Source: a virus (taxonomy: Duplodnaviria; Caudoviricetes). Taken from it: a stretch of DNA of 64,000 nucleotides. Both the position numbers and the translations under genes were made by a program. The stretch covers positions 1,258 through 65,257 of the IMG/VR virus record IMGVR_UViG_2728369266_000003; one strand, given 5' to 3'. The notes under the pieces are model-generated. The model did not search any database and was not told the origin of the DNA. It saw only the letters and a program-made list of their open reading frames with translations. Shown one piece after another: positions 1 through 8,873 of the stretch (its first letter is position 1; every line of letters starts with the position of its first letter).

Positions 1-20
1 AGTACCGCGTCCAGCAGGAC

Positions 21-584
21 GTGATGAAGGTCTACGACGACCCCGACGGCGGCCGGAGCATCGCCGCGCCTACCTGCCTGGAGGTCGCCGACGTTGTGAT
101 GGGGGTCCTGGGGGATTTCACGGAGGAGCACAGGGCTCTCCGTGGGCGTGCCGTGGGCTCGGTCGCCGCCCTGTGGGCTCGTATCCGTGAACTGGAGGCC
201 CAGGTGCGGGCCCGTGACGAGCACATTGCCGCGAAGAGCCTGGAACTGTCGTCGTCGGTGTGGGTGTCCCCGGACCGGCTCGCCGGCCAGCCGTGTGTGG
301 GCGGTACCCGAGTCCCGACCGGGACCGTGTCGGGGCTCGTCCCGGATGTGGGGGAGGAGGGTGTCGCGGAGTTCTACCCGTCGGTGACCCCGGCGGGTGC
401 TCGCGCCGCCGTTTGGTTCGAGGAGACCTTCACCGCTCGGGTGGTGATGCCCGATCCGGACCGTGAGCCGATCCCGATCGCGGAGATCGCTGGGATTGCG
501 TCGTGGTGGACCGATGGTGAGGACCCCACCGAGTGGGTGCGCAAGCAGCGCACCCGAGGCGCCGAGGGAGGCTCAGATGTGTGA
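21..584 (+). CDS. DUF433-like domain protein (probably 5'-truncated by window edge)
   Basis: VSPDRLAGQPCVGGTRVP...EFYPSVT...AAVWF resembles DUF433; frame is open to position 3. Confidence 0.65.
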   Translation: MMKVYDDPDGGRSIAAPTCLEVADVVMGVLGDFTEEHRALRGRAVGSVAALWARIRELEAQVRARDEHIAAKSLELSSSVWVSPDRLAGQPCVGGTRVPTGTVSGLVPDVGEEGVAEFYPSVTPAGARAAVWFEETFTARVVMPDPDREPIPIAEIAGIASWWTDGEDPTEWVRKQRTRGAEGGSDV

Positions 585-852
585 CCAGGCTCGTTGTCCG
601 GACTGTTTCAAGGTCATCAAGCTCAAGAACAGTGAGATCGGACGTCATGGCCCACGCCCACGGGGCTGCCCAGGGACCGGGTTTCAGGTTTCGGCATGGA
701 CTGTTGTGCTCGTTAACGACGTCCCGACCTACATTGATCCGCTTCCGTGGGAGAGGTCCCTGTTGGATATGGCTCGTCAGCTCGGCAGTACCGGTCCGAT
801 CCACGACTTGTCAGATCTGCGTGATCGCCACAACCAGGTTGCCGGGTGGTGA
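577..852 (+). CDS. Hypothetical Zn-finger-like protein
   Basis: CPDC...H...C; overlaps both neighbours. Confidence 0.6.
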   Translation: MCDQARCPDCFKVIKLKNSEIGRHGPRPRGCPGTGFQVSAWTVVLVNDVPTYIDPLPWERSLLDMARQLGSTGPIHDLSDLRDRHNQVAGW

Positions 853-1220
853 CGATGACTCCGCAGCGTGTGCAGCGCAAGCGCGTCAAGGGGTGGCGGC
901 TGCCAGCAGGCGCGGTGATCGTGGACCGCACCTCGAAGTGGGGCAACCCCTTCACCGTCGCCGACGCCATCAAGGCCGGCCACACCGACCCGCAGCGTGC
1001 CTGCGTCAGCAACTTCGAGGCATGGATCGACGGCGACCCCACCTACCCGGACACCTACACAGTCGGCGCGCGGGTCTTCGATCGGCGATGGATGCGCGCC
1101 CATCTCCATGAGTTGCGAGGCAAGGACCTCTGCTGCCCCTGCGGTATCGGGGAGCCTTGCCATGGTGATTCTCTTATCCGGCGCGTTACCTTGCTGATCG
1201 CCGCCGGGGGTGCGTCTTGA
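849..1220 (+). CDS. DUF4326 domain protein
   Basis: VDRTSKWGNPF and LRGKDLCCPC...PCHGD motifs. Confidence 0.85.
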   Translation: MTMTPQRVQRKRVKGWRLPAGAVIVDRTSKWGNPFTVADAIKAGHTDPQRACVSNFEAWIDGDPTYPDTYTVGARVFDRRWMRAHLHELRGKDLCCPCGIGEPCHGDSLIRRVTLLIAAGGAS

Positions 1221-1543
1221 TCGCCATCAGCGCGGCGTTGCTGGGCGCGGTGGTGGTCGGCTACCTCGCCGGCCGCCACCGGCCCGTGCACCGCGCCCGG
1301 GAGTGGGTGCGCTTACTGCTTGCCCTGGGGCCGCGTGACGGCCGGTGGACGCACCTGCGCGTGCTGGCGGCGTTCGCGGTCCTGCCCGAGGTGGCGTGGC
1401 TGGCGTGGCGGATCCATCGGCGACGGCATCCGACAGGGCGCCGGGTCTCCGCCGAGCCGATTCAGGTCGTGTCGCCGAGGCGACCGGCACCGAAACTCAA
1501 CCCCGAATGGGTGGAGAAGACCAAGGAGACCGACGATGCCTAA
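1217..1543 (+). CDS. Small membrane protein
   Basis: N-terminal hydrophobic helix; TTGA overlap with upstream stop. Confidence 0.6.
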   Translation: MIAISAALLGAVVVGYLAGRHRPVHRAREWVRLLLALGPRDGRWTHLRVLAAFAVLPEVAWLAWRIHRRRHPTGRRVSAEPIQVVSPRRPAPKLNPEWVEKTKETDDA

Positions 1544-1721
1544 CCCCCGCACCACAACCACGATCAGTGTCTACGCCGAAGCCGATGTCGAGCCGAACCG
1601 GATGAACCTCATCGGCACTTTCACCCTGAACCTCATCGATAATCCTGACGAGTTCGAGCAGCGGTTCCAGGACGGTCTACGAAGTGTGGTCGAGGGGTAT
1701 GCGGAGCGATCCAATGGCTGA
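1536..1721 (+). CDS. Hypothetical protein
   Basis: AAGGAG SD; coupled to neighbours. Confidence 0.6.
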   Translation: MPNPRTTTTISVYAEADVEPNRMNLIGTFTLNLIDNPDEFEQRFQDGLRSVVEGYAERSNG

Positions 1722-2007
1722 CCAGGACACGGAGCCGTACACCGCGCTCACCTACGCCGATCTGCTGGCCGACCGCGACCACTGGCGGGACCGCGCCCAG
1801 ACCGCAGAAAAGCGGGTCGCCGACATCTGGCGCGGCATCCAGAGCGAGATCGATGACCTCGACTACGACGGGCGGATGCGGCGCATTCAGGACGACCCCG
1901 ACGCACAAGGCGACCCCGGGATCGCGGGCAATGCCTATTGGCGGGCGTACTGCAGGCTGAGCGCTTTCCGGATCGCCATGCAGTACATCACCGGGAAGGA
2001 CGACTGA
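1714..2007 (+). CDS. Hypothetical protein
   Basis: High-GC3 codon usage, overlapping start. Confidence 0.65.
   Translation: MADQDTEPYTALTYADLLADRDHWRDRAQTAEKRVADIWRGIQSEIDDLDYDGRMRRIQDDPDAQGDPGIAGNAYWRAYCRLSAFRIAMQYITGKDD
1990..2007 (+). repeat. 18-bp direct repeat ACCGGGAAGGACGACTGA, copy 1
   Basis: Identical to 2285-2302; encodes TGKDD-stop. Confidence 0.9.
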
Positions 2008-2008
2008 C

Positions 2009-2302
2009 ATGGGCCAGCGGCTCACCGAAGAACAGCGGGACGACCTCATCGACCAGCTCCCCGACGGCATGACCCTCTGGGGGGACGACAGCGAGATCGC
2101 CGCTGACTGGTTCACACCCTACGACTACGAGAAGTGGCTGGAAATCCTGGGGCATCCCCGTGCACATCCGGGCTGCTGCAAGACCTGCGGCTGCGCTACC
2201 ACCTGCGTCCTCGGCACGTTCTATGACGCGGTGGTGTCGTCGGTGGTTCGGGAGTTGGACAAGCTCGGAGCGATCCAGGTGCCGACCGGGAAGGACGACT
2301 GA
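2009..2302 (+). CDS. Hypothetical protein with CCxxCxC motif
   Basis: ORF with SD inside upstream repeat. Confidence 0.65.
   Translation: MGQRLTEEQRDDLIDQLPDGMTLWGDDSEIAADWFTPYDYEKWLEILGHPRAHPGCCKTCGCATTCVLGTFYDAVVSSVVRELDKLGAIQVPTGKDD
2285..2302 (+). repeat. 18-bp direct repeat, copy 2
   Basis: Identical to 1990-2007. Confidence 0.9.
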
Positions 2303-2340
2303 ACGAACAACCCAACCCTTCGGGACGCACAACGGCATTG

Positions 2341-2371
2341 AGGAGCGGCGGCCACACCGGTCGCTGCTCCT
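2341..2371 (+). terminator. Intergenic hairpin
   Basis: AGGAGCGGCGGCC / GGTCGCTGCTCCT 13-bp stem with G-U pairs. Confidence 0.5.
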
Positions 2372-2448
2372 TCGCATGTCAGGCGAACAAATTGACGCCA
2401 CGGACGCAAGACCACTTTGCCGCCACATCATCACCTAGGAGGCTCCAC

Positions 2449-2853
2449 ATGTCCCACGTCCACGTGCACCGTCCCATCACCGGCCGCATCCACCTCGACA
2501 TGCCCTATCACCCAAGGAACCGGGACTGGCTCAAGTCCGTCCTCGGAGCCCACAGCCGACCCGCATGGAACAGGCCAGCGCGTCGGTGGGAGATCGCCCG
2601 CCCACACCTCCGCACCCTCGTCGAAGCCCTCGCCCACAAGTTCGGGTCTGTCGACGTCATCGTCGATGTCCGAGCCACCCGCCACTGCGACACCCGCTGC
2701 CAGGAAGCGACCGGCGATGAATGCACCTGCCGGTGCCTGGGCGACAACCACGGCGGGGCGGCCTACCGAAAGGCGTGGCTGCTGGTCGGAGACACCACAC
2801 TGGTCGCGGCCGATGGAAGTGTGCGCCGGCGTTTCCGCGTCGAATCCACCTGA
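2449..2853 (+). CDS. Cys/His-cluster phage protein
   Basis: AGGAGG SD; HCDTRCQEATGDECTCRCLGDNHG metal-binding-like motif. Confidence 0.75.
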   Translation: MSHVHVHRPITGRIHLDMPYHPRNRDWLKSVLGAHSRPAWNRPARRWEIARPHLRTLVEALAHKFGSVDVIVDVRATRHCDTRCQEATGDECTCRCLGDNHGGAAYRKAWLLVGDTTLVAADGSVRRRFRVEST

Positions 2854-2886
2854 CCCGCTGACCGCTGTCACAGGGAGCCTGTAGAA

Positions 2887-2913
2887 CCGGGGGAGGACCC
2901 CGTCTTCCCCCGG
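2887..2913 (+). terminator. Hairpin after 2449-2853
   Basis: CCGGGGGAGGAC / GTCTTCCCCCGG 12-bp stem. Confidence 0.5.
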
Positions 2914-2921
2914 GAGGCCCT

Positions 2922-3191
2922 GTGTGTGACCCGCATGCCGAAGAAATCGGCGCGCGCATCTCAGAACTCCTAGACGAGGGCTGGGACCTCAACCTCGAAA
3001 CCCTCAACGGGCGCCTGACCGTCCACCTCAGGCAGCACCCGCACACGTACACCGTCACCACCGGGCGCCATGACACCCTTCTCACGCAGCTCCGGAACCT
3101 TCGTGCATGGGTGAGTGAGCACGAGCGCCAACGCCTCCAGGAGGCGAAAGAGGCGTACCTGAAGGTTCTTGAACGATGGGGCCCGTTCTGA
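2922..3191 (+). CDS. Hypothetical protein
   Basis: ORF, TGATG coupling to next gene. Confidence 0.6.
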   Translation: MCDPHAEEIGARISELLDEGWDLNLETLNGRLTVHLRQHPHTYTVTTGRHDTLLTQLRNLRAWVSEHERQRLQEAKEAYLKVLERWGPF

Positions 3192-3769
3192 TGGCCGCCA
3201 TCGACAGCCTGATCACCACCGTCTTGATTCCCGCCGCTGTCGCGGTCTGCACCACACTTCTAGTGGAGTACTTCGCGAAGCCCTGGTTGGAGGCACGCAA
3301 GGAGCGCATCTTGGAGGCGCACCGCGCCCGGCGGGAAGCCGCCGCCGTAGGCCGCCGCATCTACTTCGACCTCGGCAGGTTGGAGGACCCTGTCCCCGAG
3401 GACATGCCAGAGCCGAACCGGACCACGCTCGTAAACGAGGTCAAAGCCAAACGCGAATCGATCCTGGCTGACAGCCGAGAACTCGAACGCATGCTGCCCC
3501 GCATCGGCGGCGTCAACGCGCTCACGCTGCTCATCGCGGCGAGAGTGATCGGGACAGTGCAAGGCACAGCGCTTTCCGATGCCTCAGACGCAAAGGTCGC
3601 CGAAGTGCGGGGGGCGGTGGGACCCCTGTTCGACTTGCTGGAGTTGGGGTGGTGGCGCCCAGGGTGGTGGCGCGCGTATTTCCGAGTGTGTGAAGCGCTG
3701 GGCATCGAGCCGCGGCTTGGTGCGCGCTTGGTCGAATTCCAGCAGGCGTCGAAGCCGCCAAAGCGGTAA
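3191..3769 (+). CDS. Membrane-anchored hypothetical protein
   Basis: N-terminal TM helix LITTVLIPAAVAVCTTLLVEYF. Confidence 0.7.
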   Translation: MAAIDSLITTVLIPAAVAVCTTLLVEYFAKPWLEARKERILEAHRARREAAAVGRRIYFDLGRLEDPVPEDMPEPNRTTLVNEVKAKRESILADSRELERMLPRIGGVNALTLLIAARVIGTVQGTALSDASDAKVAEVRGAVGPLFDLLELGWWRPGWWRAYFRVCEALGIEPRLGARLVEFQQASKPPKR

Positions 3770-3939
3770 CGCGGCAACTAGGCGATGCGTTCGACAGCCC
3801 AGGGTCCCCTGTGGGGTTCGCCAGCCGTTGGTGCACCTCGGACTGACCGCTTGCGCGCCCCAAGCCGACCTCCAGGGTAGCCTTCGGGGCCACACTTCGA
3901 GTAAGGCTGCATGTAGCAACGTCTGCCCAGGTAGAAGAC

Positions 3940-3964
3940 CTGGGCCAGTGAATCACTGGCCCAG
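3940..3964 (-). terminator. Hairpin just after recombinase stop
   Basis: Perfect 11-bp stem CTGGGCCAGTG / CACTGGCCCAG. Confidence 0.6.
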
Positions 3965-3966
3965 AT

Positions 3967-4986
3967 CTACAGACCGACGTTGCGCATGGCATTCTCCCGC
4001 CACCGGTCCACCGCCCGGATGTACCCCAACACCACAGGAGACTTCGGGTCCCACCTACCGTGTCGCGCGATCACCGACACCGGGACACCCGCCGCGTAGG
4101 CCACCGTGGCGCCACCCGCCCGCAGGCTGTGCGCGGTGTACCGGTCGGCCGACGGCACACCCGCCGCGACAGCGAGGCGCCGCACGGTCCGATTCACCGC
4201 CTCACCACCAAGACCGTCACCGATCCGCCCATGCCGGTCCACACTCCGCAGCAACCGCCCCGACGTGATGCCGGCCGCGGCGAGCAGGTTGATCCAGTCC
4301 CGCCACGCCTGCACGGGGTCAGTGAGCGGGTGGCTGCCGCGGGGGATGGCGGCGGTCTCGCCCTTGGAGTCCTTGTCCGTCTTCGACGTGCGGATGTGGA
4401 CATCGAGCCCTTCCGCGGCGAGCGTCACGTCATCGAAGGTGAGCGCGACCAGCTCCGAGCGGCGCCCCATGAGGGCGAGGCCGAGGACGAGTAGGAGCCG
4501 GTCGCGGACGCCGATGGTGGTGGTCTGGTCGCAGGCGCCGACCATGGCGCGGAGGGCGTCGATGGTGACGGGCGCGGACTGCTTCTGGTTGCGTTGGCCG
4601 TTCTCGGCGCGGGTCCGGCGGTAGCCGCGCAGGACCCTCAATGCGGGTGCGCTGTCGGGGTGGCCTTTGAGTCCGGCGGTGGTGTGGGCGCTGCGGATGG
4701 TGGCGATGGCCTGTTCGATGGTGGCAGGGGAGCGGTTGAGGTCGCACAGGTGGCTGGTGTACTCGGCGAGGGTCTGCGCGGTGGCGGGTAGGTCGACGCG
4801 TCCCTGCTCGGCGCACCACTTCCCGAAGGCTTCCCACTGGCGGCTGTACGCCTTGCGGGTGTTGTCGCGGACGCCGTCGAAGAGGCGGGCGCGGGTGGAC
4901 TCGGAGACGACGAAGTCGACTTCGGTGTGCTCGGGGAGCGCGGGGGGTTCGGTCGGGCTGGGTTCGAGGGCGGCTTCGTCGTTCAC
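3967..4986 (-). CDS. Cre-like tyrosine recombinase
   Basis: Catalytic R (GRRSEL), K (SKTD), HSLRAG, GRW, LGY; SAM-like N-domain; GGAGG SD. Confidence 0.92.
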   Translation of the reverse strand: MNDEAALEPSPTEPPALPEHTEVDFVVSESTRARLFDGVRDNTRKAYSRQWEAFGKWCAEQGRVDLPATAQTLAEYTSHLCDLNRSPATIEQAIATIRSAHTTAGLKGHPDSAPALRVLRGYRRTRAENGQRNQKQSAPVTIDALRAMVGACDQTTTIGVRDRLLLVLGLALMGRRSELVALTFDDVTLAAEGLDVHIRTSKTDKDSKGETAAIPRGSHPLTDPVQAWRDWINLLAAAGITSGRLLRSVDRHGRIGDGLGGEAVNRTVRRLAVAAGVPSADRYTAHSLRAGGATVAYAAGVPVSVIARHGRWDPKSPVVLGYIRAVDRWRENAMRNVGL

Positions 4987-5417
4987 TGGTCCTCCCACCA
5001 GCCACGCCGCTGCCACGCCGCGTCGAGCCGTTCCTGGTCGTCCATCACGCACCCGTGGATGCCGCCCGCACGGAGGGCTTCGAACCGGCCGGCCACCCAC
5101 ACCTGGTCGGGTGCGTGCAAGGCAAGGTCTGCCCACGCTTCGGGGCCCAGACGCATCGGGTCGCGGCGGTCGCCGCAGTCGCACGGGCAGTCGGGGATGG
5201 GGTCGCGGAGGATGTCGACGCCGTGGCATCGGTGGTGCCAGTGGCGGGCGCACGCTTCGCAGGCGTCTCGGGGGATGACGAACTTCGTCACCCAGGCGGG
5301 GGCCGAGCGGGTGACCGATACGGGTTCGGGGGCCGGTCGTATGGCGGGGGCGCGCTTCGGCCGGGGATTCGCGCTCCGGTGGATGCGGCGTCGGGCCGAC
5401 AGTTCGTCTTCGGTCAT
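4983..5417 (-). CDS. Cys/His-rich protein translationally coupled to recombinase
   Basis: CEACARHWHHRCHG...CPCDC; GTGA overlap with recombinase start. Confidence 0.6.
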   Translation of the reverse strand: MTEDELSARRRIHRSANPRPKRAPAIRPAPEPVSVTRSAPAWVTKFVIPRDACEACARHWHHRCHGVDILRDPIPDCPCDCGDRRDPMRLGPEAWADLALHAPDQVWVAGRFEALRAGGIHGCVMDDQERLDAAWQRRGWWEDQ

Positions 5418-5434
5418 GATCGAACCCCCCGATT

Positions 5435-5468
5435 CTGGAGTGACATAAGTCAGCTTATCCGACTCCAG
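5435..5468. other. 34-bp imperfect palindrome, candidate lox-like recombination site
   Basis: CTGGAGTGACATA-AGTCAGCT-TATCCGACTCCAG; 13-bp arms match 10/13. Confidence 0.55.
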
Positions 5469-5574
5469 GCTTGGTGGGTGACCATAGACGGTCAATAGAC
5501 AAAACCGCCTCGCCTTGAAGACCGGTGCGGCGTAGCCTGCGAGATCCACAAACGGAGAGACGGAGAGGACGCCC

Positions 5575-6454
5575 ATGCCGAAGCCCGCAACGACCTCCTA
5601 CGCCGAGGCACTGCTCGCCGAACTAACCACGATTGAGGCGACATACCAGGACATCATCGAAGCTCAAAATTCTCAACATCGATCCCAACCGCGGTCAAGA
5701 CTTCGCCTTGGTCATCGGCTTCCCGGAGTGGGGTTGGGCGCCAAGCGACGACAAGCTAGAAGCCGACCGGATGAGGCTTCTCGCCCGAGTCCGAGACTGG
5801 GAAACCCGGTTCCGACTGCTGTTCCCGCTTGCGACGCCGGCGGTGAGCAAGCGCCTTGACGAACGACTGGACCGCCTGAACAGATGGCTCTTCCGGGAAG
5901 GCGGGGACATGAGCATCCCTCCGACCATCGTCGCAGCGGCCTCAGAGATTCGGAAGGACATGGAGGATCTCCGTAGTCTGGTGGGCCTTCTCCCCGACGA
6001 CGAGTACAGCGTTCGGCTCCTCGTCGACACCAACACCCTGATCGACAAGCCGGACGTGGGCGTCTACACGGGCGAGATCGGCAAGAAGTACATGGTTCAC
6101 TTCCTGCCTGTGGTGCTGCGTGAGATCGACGACCTCAAGCGTGGTGGCAGGAACCAGGATCTTCGCGATGCGGCCCGGAAGGCTGACCGCTATCTGAAGG
6201 GTCTACGAACCAACGGAGACATTCGGGCCGGGGTGAGGGTCGCTGGCGACGTGTATGCGCTGTTCGAGCACATCGAGCCGAAGAGTGATCTGCTGCCGAC
6301 GTGGCTGGACCTCACGGTGCCAGATGACCGGTTCGTGGCGTCGAGCCTGCTCTTGCAGTCTGGCCACCCGGGGTCGACTGTGTATGTGGCGACGAGCGAC
6401 ATCAATTTGCAGACCAAGTTGGCCGCAGTCGGTCTGCCGTTCGTCGAGCCGTAG
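5575..6454 (+). pseudogene. PIN-domain ribonuclease, split by a +1 frameshift near 5666
   Basis: SD+ATG at 5575 in frame 1; PIN motifs (LLVDTNTL, LREIDDLK, PDDRF, ATSDINL) in frame 2; removing one A from AAAA joins them. Confidence 0.75.
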
Positions 6455-6463
6455 GCACATGAC

Positions 6464-6490
6464 GAAGGGCACCCGATCGGGGTGTCCTTC
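6464..6490 (+). terminator. Hairpin after PIN gene
   Basis: GAAGGGCACCC / GGGTGTCCTTC. Confidence 0.6.
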
Positions 6491-6509
6491 TGTCTGCGAG
6501 TGATCCCAT

Positions 6510-6803
6510 ATGGCCATCCTCGATTTCGCAAAGTCAACCGACACTGAGCACAGTGGCGTTACGGTGCTCGCCATGAGCCCTGAAGTAGGCCCGCCTGTGC
6601 GTCGCACTCGCGAGGAGGTCGTCGCCGCTTTAGCGGCGACCTTGCGAGCAGGTCGTATCCGACGCGACTCGCTGCCACCTGAAGAAGCGGCCCGTGAGGC
6701 ATGGAGGCCGGGTGGTCCGTCGATTGAGGAGATCACGGCGGTAATCATTCGGCATCGCGAGGAAGCGCGCGCTGAACTTAACCGAGACGGCCAAGACGGT
6801 TGA
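6510..6803 (+). CDS. Hypothetical protein (start may be 6573)
   Basis: ORF only. Confidence 0.45.
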   Translation: MAILDFAKSTDTEHSGVTVLAMSPEVGPPVRRTREEVVAALAATLRAGRIRRDSLPPEEAAREAWRPGGPSIEEITAVIIRHREEARAELNRDGQDG

Positions 6804-6845
6804 CTGTTGGGGCTGGGTTCTCCGCCCCGGGCCGGCTGCGGGGGA

Positions 6846-6868
6846 CCGGCCCGAGACGCAACCTCAGC
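6846..6868. repeat. 23-bp direct repeat CCGGCCCGAGACGCAACCTCAGC, copy 1
   Basis: Identical to 7293-7315. Confidence 0.9.
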
Positions 6869-6883
6869 GAGGACGTGTGGGCG

Positions 6884-7213
6884 TCAAGGGCGGATCGGGG
6901 TGATTCCCATCGCCAACTCGGCGCAGTACAGGGCGTACTTCTTGGTGTAGTCAACATGGCCCGCAGCCATCGACTCCAGCCGCATTACATCCCGGACACT
7001 CGCCAGCGGTAGCCCGCGCTCGGTGCGCTCGTTGTTGAGCAGTCGCAGCATGGTCTCCGCTTCGAACCACACCCACCCTGGCTCGGTGCGGCCGTGGCGA
7101 GTTTCGAGATCAGGTCGTTCATCGCGGCGCGTCGCGACTTCTGTAAGGGAGCCCTCGAATCCATTGAGAAGGTCCATGAGACGCTGCTGTTGTATACCGG
7201 TGATTGTCATCAA
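6884..7213 (-). CDS. Hypothetical protein flanked by 23-bp repeats
   Basis: AGGAG SD, coding-like composition. Confidence 0.7.
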   Translation of the reverse strand: MMTITGIQQQRLMDLLNGFEGSLTEVATRRDERPDLETRHGRTEPGWVWFEAETMLRLLNNERTERGLPLASVRDVMRLESMAAGHVDYTKKYALYCAELAMGITPIRP

Positions 7214-7292
7214 CTTCTCCTATTCGGTCCTGGTGCGTGCCTGTGAGTAGGCGCCGTGCGGGTATGGCACGGACCTTGAAGTTGTGCGGGAC

Positions 7293-7315
7293 CCGGCCCG
7301 AGACGCAACCTCAGC
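7293..7315. repeat. 23-bp direct repeat, copy 2
   Basis: Identical to 6846-6868; contains stop of 7311-7565. Confidence 0.9.
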
Positions 7316-7565
7316 CCTTTCGGGAAAGCACCTCGAAGCCGAGCAGAGCGGTCCGCCAAGGGCGAACCTCGTATCGCTCCCGGAGCACCGCCTCCAGCCG
7401 TTCCCGCTTGAACTCGGGGACGCGAGGGCCTACGCGCACCACCACCACGTCGCCGCCCTGCTCAACGCGGAAGTGGTAGAGGAGGTCGCGGTCGTTCTGG
7501 GGGCGCCTGAACCCGTTCTCCCGCAGGTATCGGCTGACGGCGGCGGCGGTCGGCTTGCGGGACAT
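7311..7565 (-). CDS. Hypothetical protein
   Basis: AGGAG SD. Confidence 0.65.
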   Translation of the reverse strand: MSRKPTAAAVSRYLRENGFRRPQNDRDLLYHFRVEQGGDVVVVRVGPRVPEFKRERLEAVLRERYEVRPWRTALLGFEVLSRKG

Positions 7566-7579
7566 GGCGGGTCTCCTGT

Positions 7580-7795
7580 TCATGTGTCCTGGATGAGGCT
7601 GTAGCCGCTGCGGCGAGGCTTCCCATCCGTGTGCAGCTGGGAGAGCGCGACCATGCGGGTGCGCTTCGCTCCGTTGACGTTCTCCACCTCGGCGGACGGC
7701 CCACGGGCCGATCCCGGGTACACGGCGAGCACGCGGATCTGGGGTCCGCCGCCCGGGTGGCTGGACTTGTAGGTCTGGCCGGGCTCAATGGTCAT
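7580..7795 (-). CDS. Small beta-rich hypothetical protein
   Basis: ATGA coupling to upstream gene. Confidence 0.6.
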   Translation of the reverse strand: MTIEPGQTYKSSHPGGGPQIRVLAVYPGSARGPSAEVENVNGAKRTRMVALSQLHTDGKPRRSGYSLIQDT

Positions 7796-8088
7796 CGGTC
7801 CTGCCCCTCCCGATCTGCCTTCTCGGCGAGGCGCACCAACATGGCAGCTTCGCCGCCGCCGCAAGGAACCCAGCCGCCCCGGGGGCCGTAGGCGAGAGGG
7901 GTGCCCGCTCCCGGCTCGGGATACAGGATCGAACCGAGGAAGCCACCGTCGGACGGTTCGTCGCCCCGGTACAGGAAGGTGCGAAGATTGCCGTGCGGGT
8001 CCAGTCCGGTGGCGATGATGCACCCGTCTGGGGTGTTGGAGTCGCGGCCGGACCAGCGGATGTCGATGTCGACGAGTCGGAACATCAT
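7792..8088 (-). CDS. Hypothetical protein
   Basis: GGAGGA SD, coupled. Confidence 0.6.
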   Translation of the reverse strand: MMFRLVDIDIRWSGRDSNTPDGCIIATGLDPHGNLRTFLYRGDEPSDGGFLGSILYPEPGAGTPLAYGPRGGWVPCGGGEAAMLVRLAEKADREGQDR

Positions 8089-8267
8089 TCCTCCACAACC
8101 TCCGGCGAGGTCCCGGGCACGTAGGCGTCAGCCCGTCGTCGGAGTTCGGCTGCGCGCTCCAGCATGAGCCGCTCGTGTTCTGTTCGCGGACCAGCTGCAA
8201 GAGGGGGCACCCGATCCTCCAGCTCCGTGGCCGCTGCCAGCAGAAGTTCCCGTTCCTGGCTGCTCAC
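8085..8267 (-). CDS. Hypothetical protein
   Basis: GGAGG SD, GTG start. Confidence 0.55.
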   Translation of the reverse strand: MSSQERELLLAAATELEDRVPPLAAGPRTEHERLMLERAAELRRRADAYVPGTSPEVVEE

Positions 8268-8350
8268 AAGGTCACCTCCACATAGTCGTCGGCCTCCACC
8301 TCGACACTGATATTGGTCGGGACAGTCAGGTAGACGTGGTACGTCGCCAT
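8264..8350 (-). CDS. 28-aa small ORF MATYHVYLTVPTNISVEVEADDYVEVTL
   Basis: AAGGAG SD; GTGA overlap; below ORF-track cutoff. Confidence 0.5.
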   Translation of the reverse strand: MATYHVYLTVPTNISVEVEADDYVEVTL

Positions 8351-8416
8351 CTCTACTCCTTGATCGGTGCCTGGTGTTCCGCCCCGCCCCGGGGAGCCCC
8401 GAGACGAGACGCAGCA

Positions 8417-8869
8417 TCAGGCCACGTCGAACAACGGCAACTGGGCATGGTGCACCTCGTGGACCTTCCCTGGAGTCGCCTCTCCTGGCACTGACCAGTC
8501 GATGACCGAAGGCGGGGCGAGCGGCCACGGCGCGGGCGCCTCGGCGGCGCACCACGCCTCATACACCGCCGCGTACTCCGACGACGCCAGCTGGGCGCGC
8601 AGCGCGGTATCCATGCGGGCGATCAGCGTGGCGTTGTCGGTGGCGAACCCCCATACATGGGAGAGCCCGCAGAAATTGCCGTGGTACCGGACCTGCTGGT
8701 CTGCGACGAACCGCAGGGTCCCGTAGTGCACGAACCGCGGCTCGATGGTCAGATCCGTAGGGGCGACCTGCTCCATCCACGACGGCGCGGAGGACGGTAG
8801 GCGCCGGTCTAAGAGAACGAGCAGGTCGTCAAGATCGCCCCACCCGATCCAGTGGATCGTGGTTCCCAC
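8417..8869 (-). CDS. Hypothetical protein
   Basis: GTG start after GGAGG. Confidence 0.65.
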   Translation of the reverse strand: MGTTIHWIGWGDLDDLLVLLDRRLPSSAPSWMEQVAPTDLTIEPRFVHYGTLRFVADQQVRYHGNFCGLSHVWGFATDNATLIARMDTALRAQLASSEYAAVYEAWCAAEAPAPWPLAPPSVIDWSVPGEATPGKVHEVHHAQLPLFDVA

Positions 8870-8873
8870 GGTT

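Noticed and set aside
3901-3914. Second full lox-like site downstream of the recombinase
   Set aside because: Only the TAAG-N4 core resembles the 5435 site; arms are not palindromic
3967-4986. This recombinase as the prophage integrase
   Set aside because: Cre/resolvase-like architecture, internal position and its own lox-like site; not adjacent to the tRNA att
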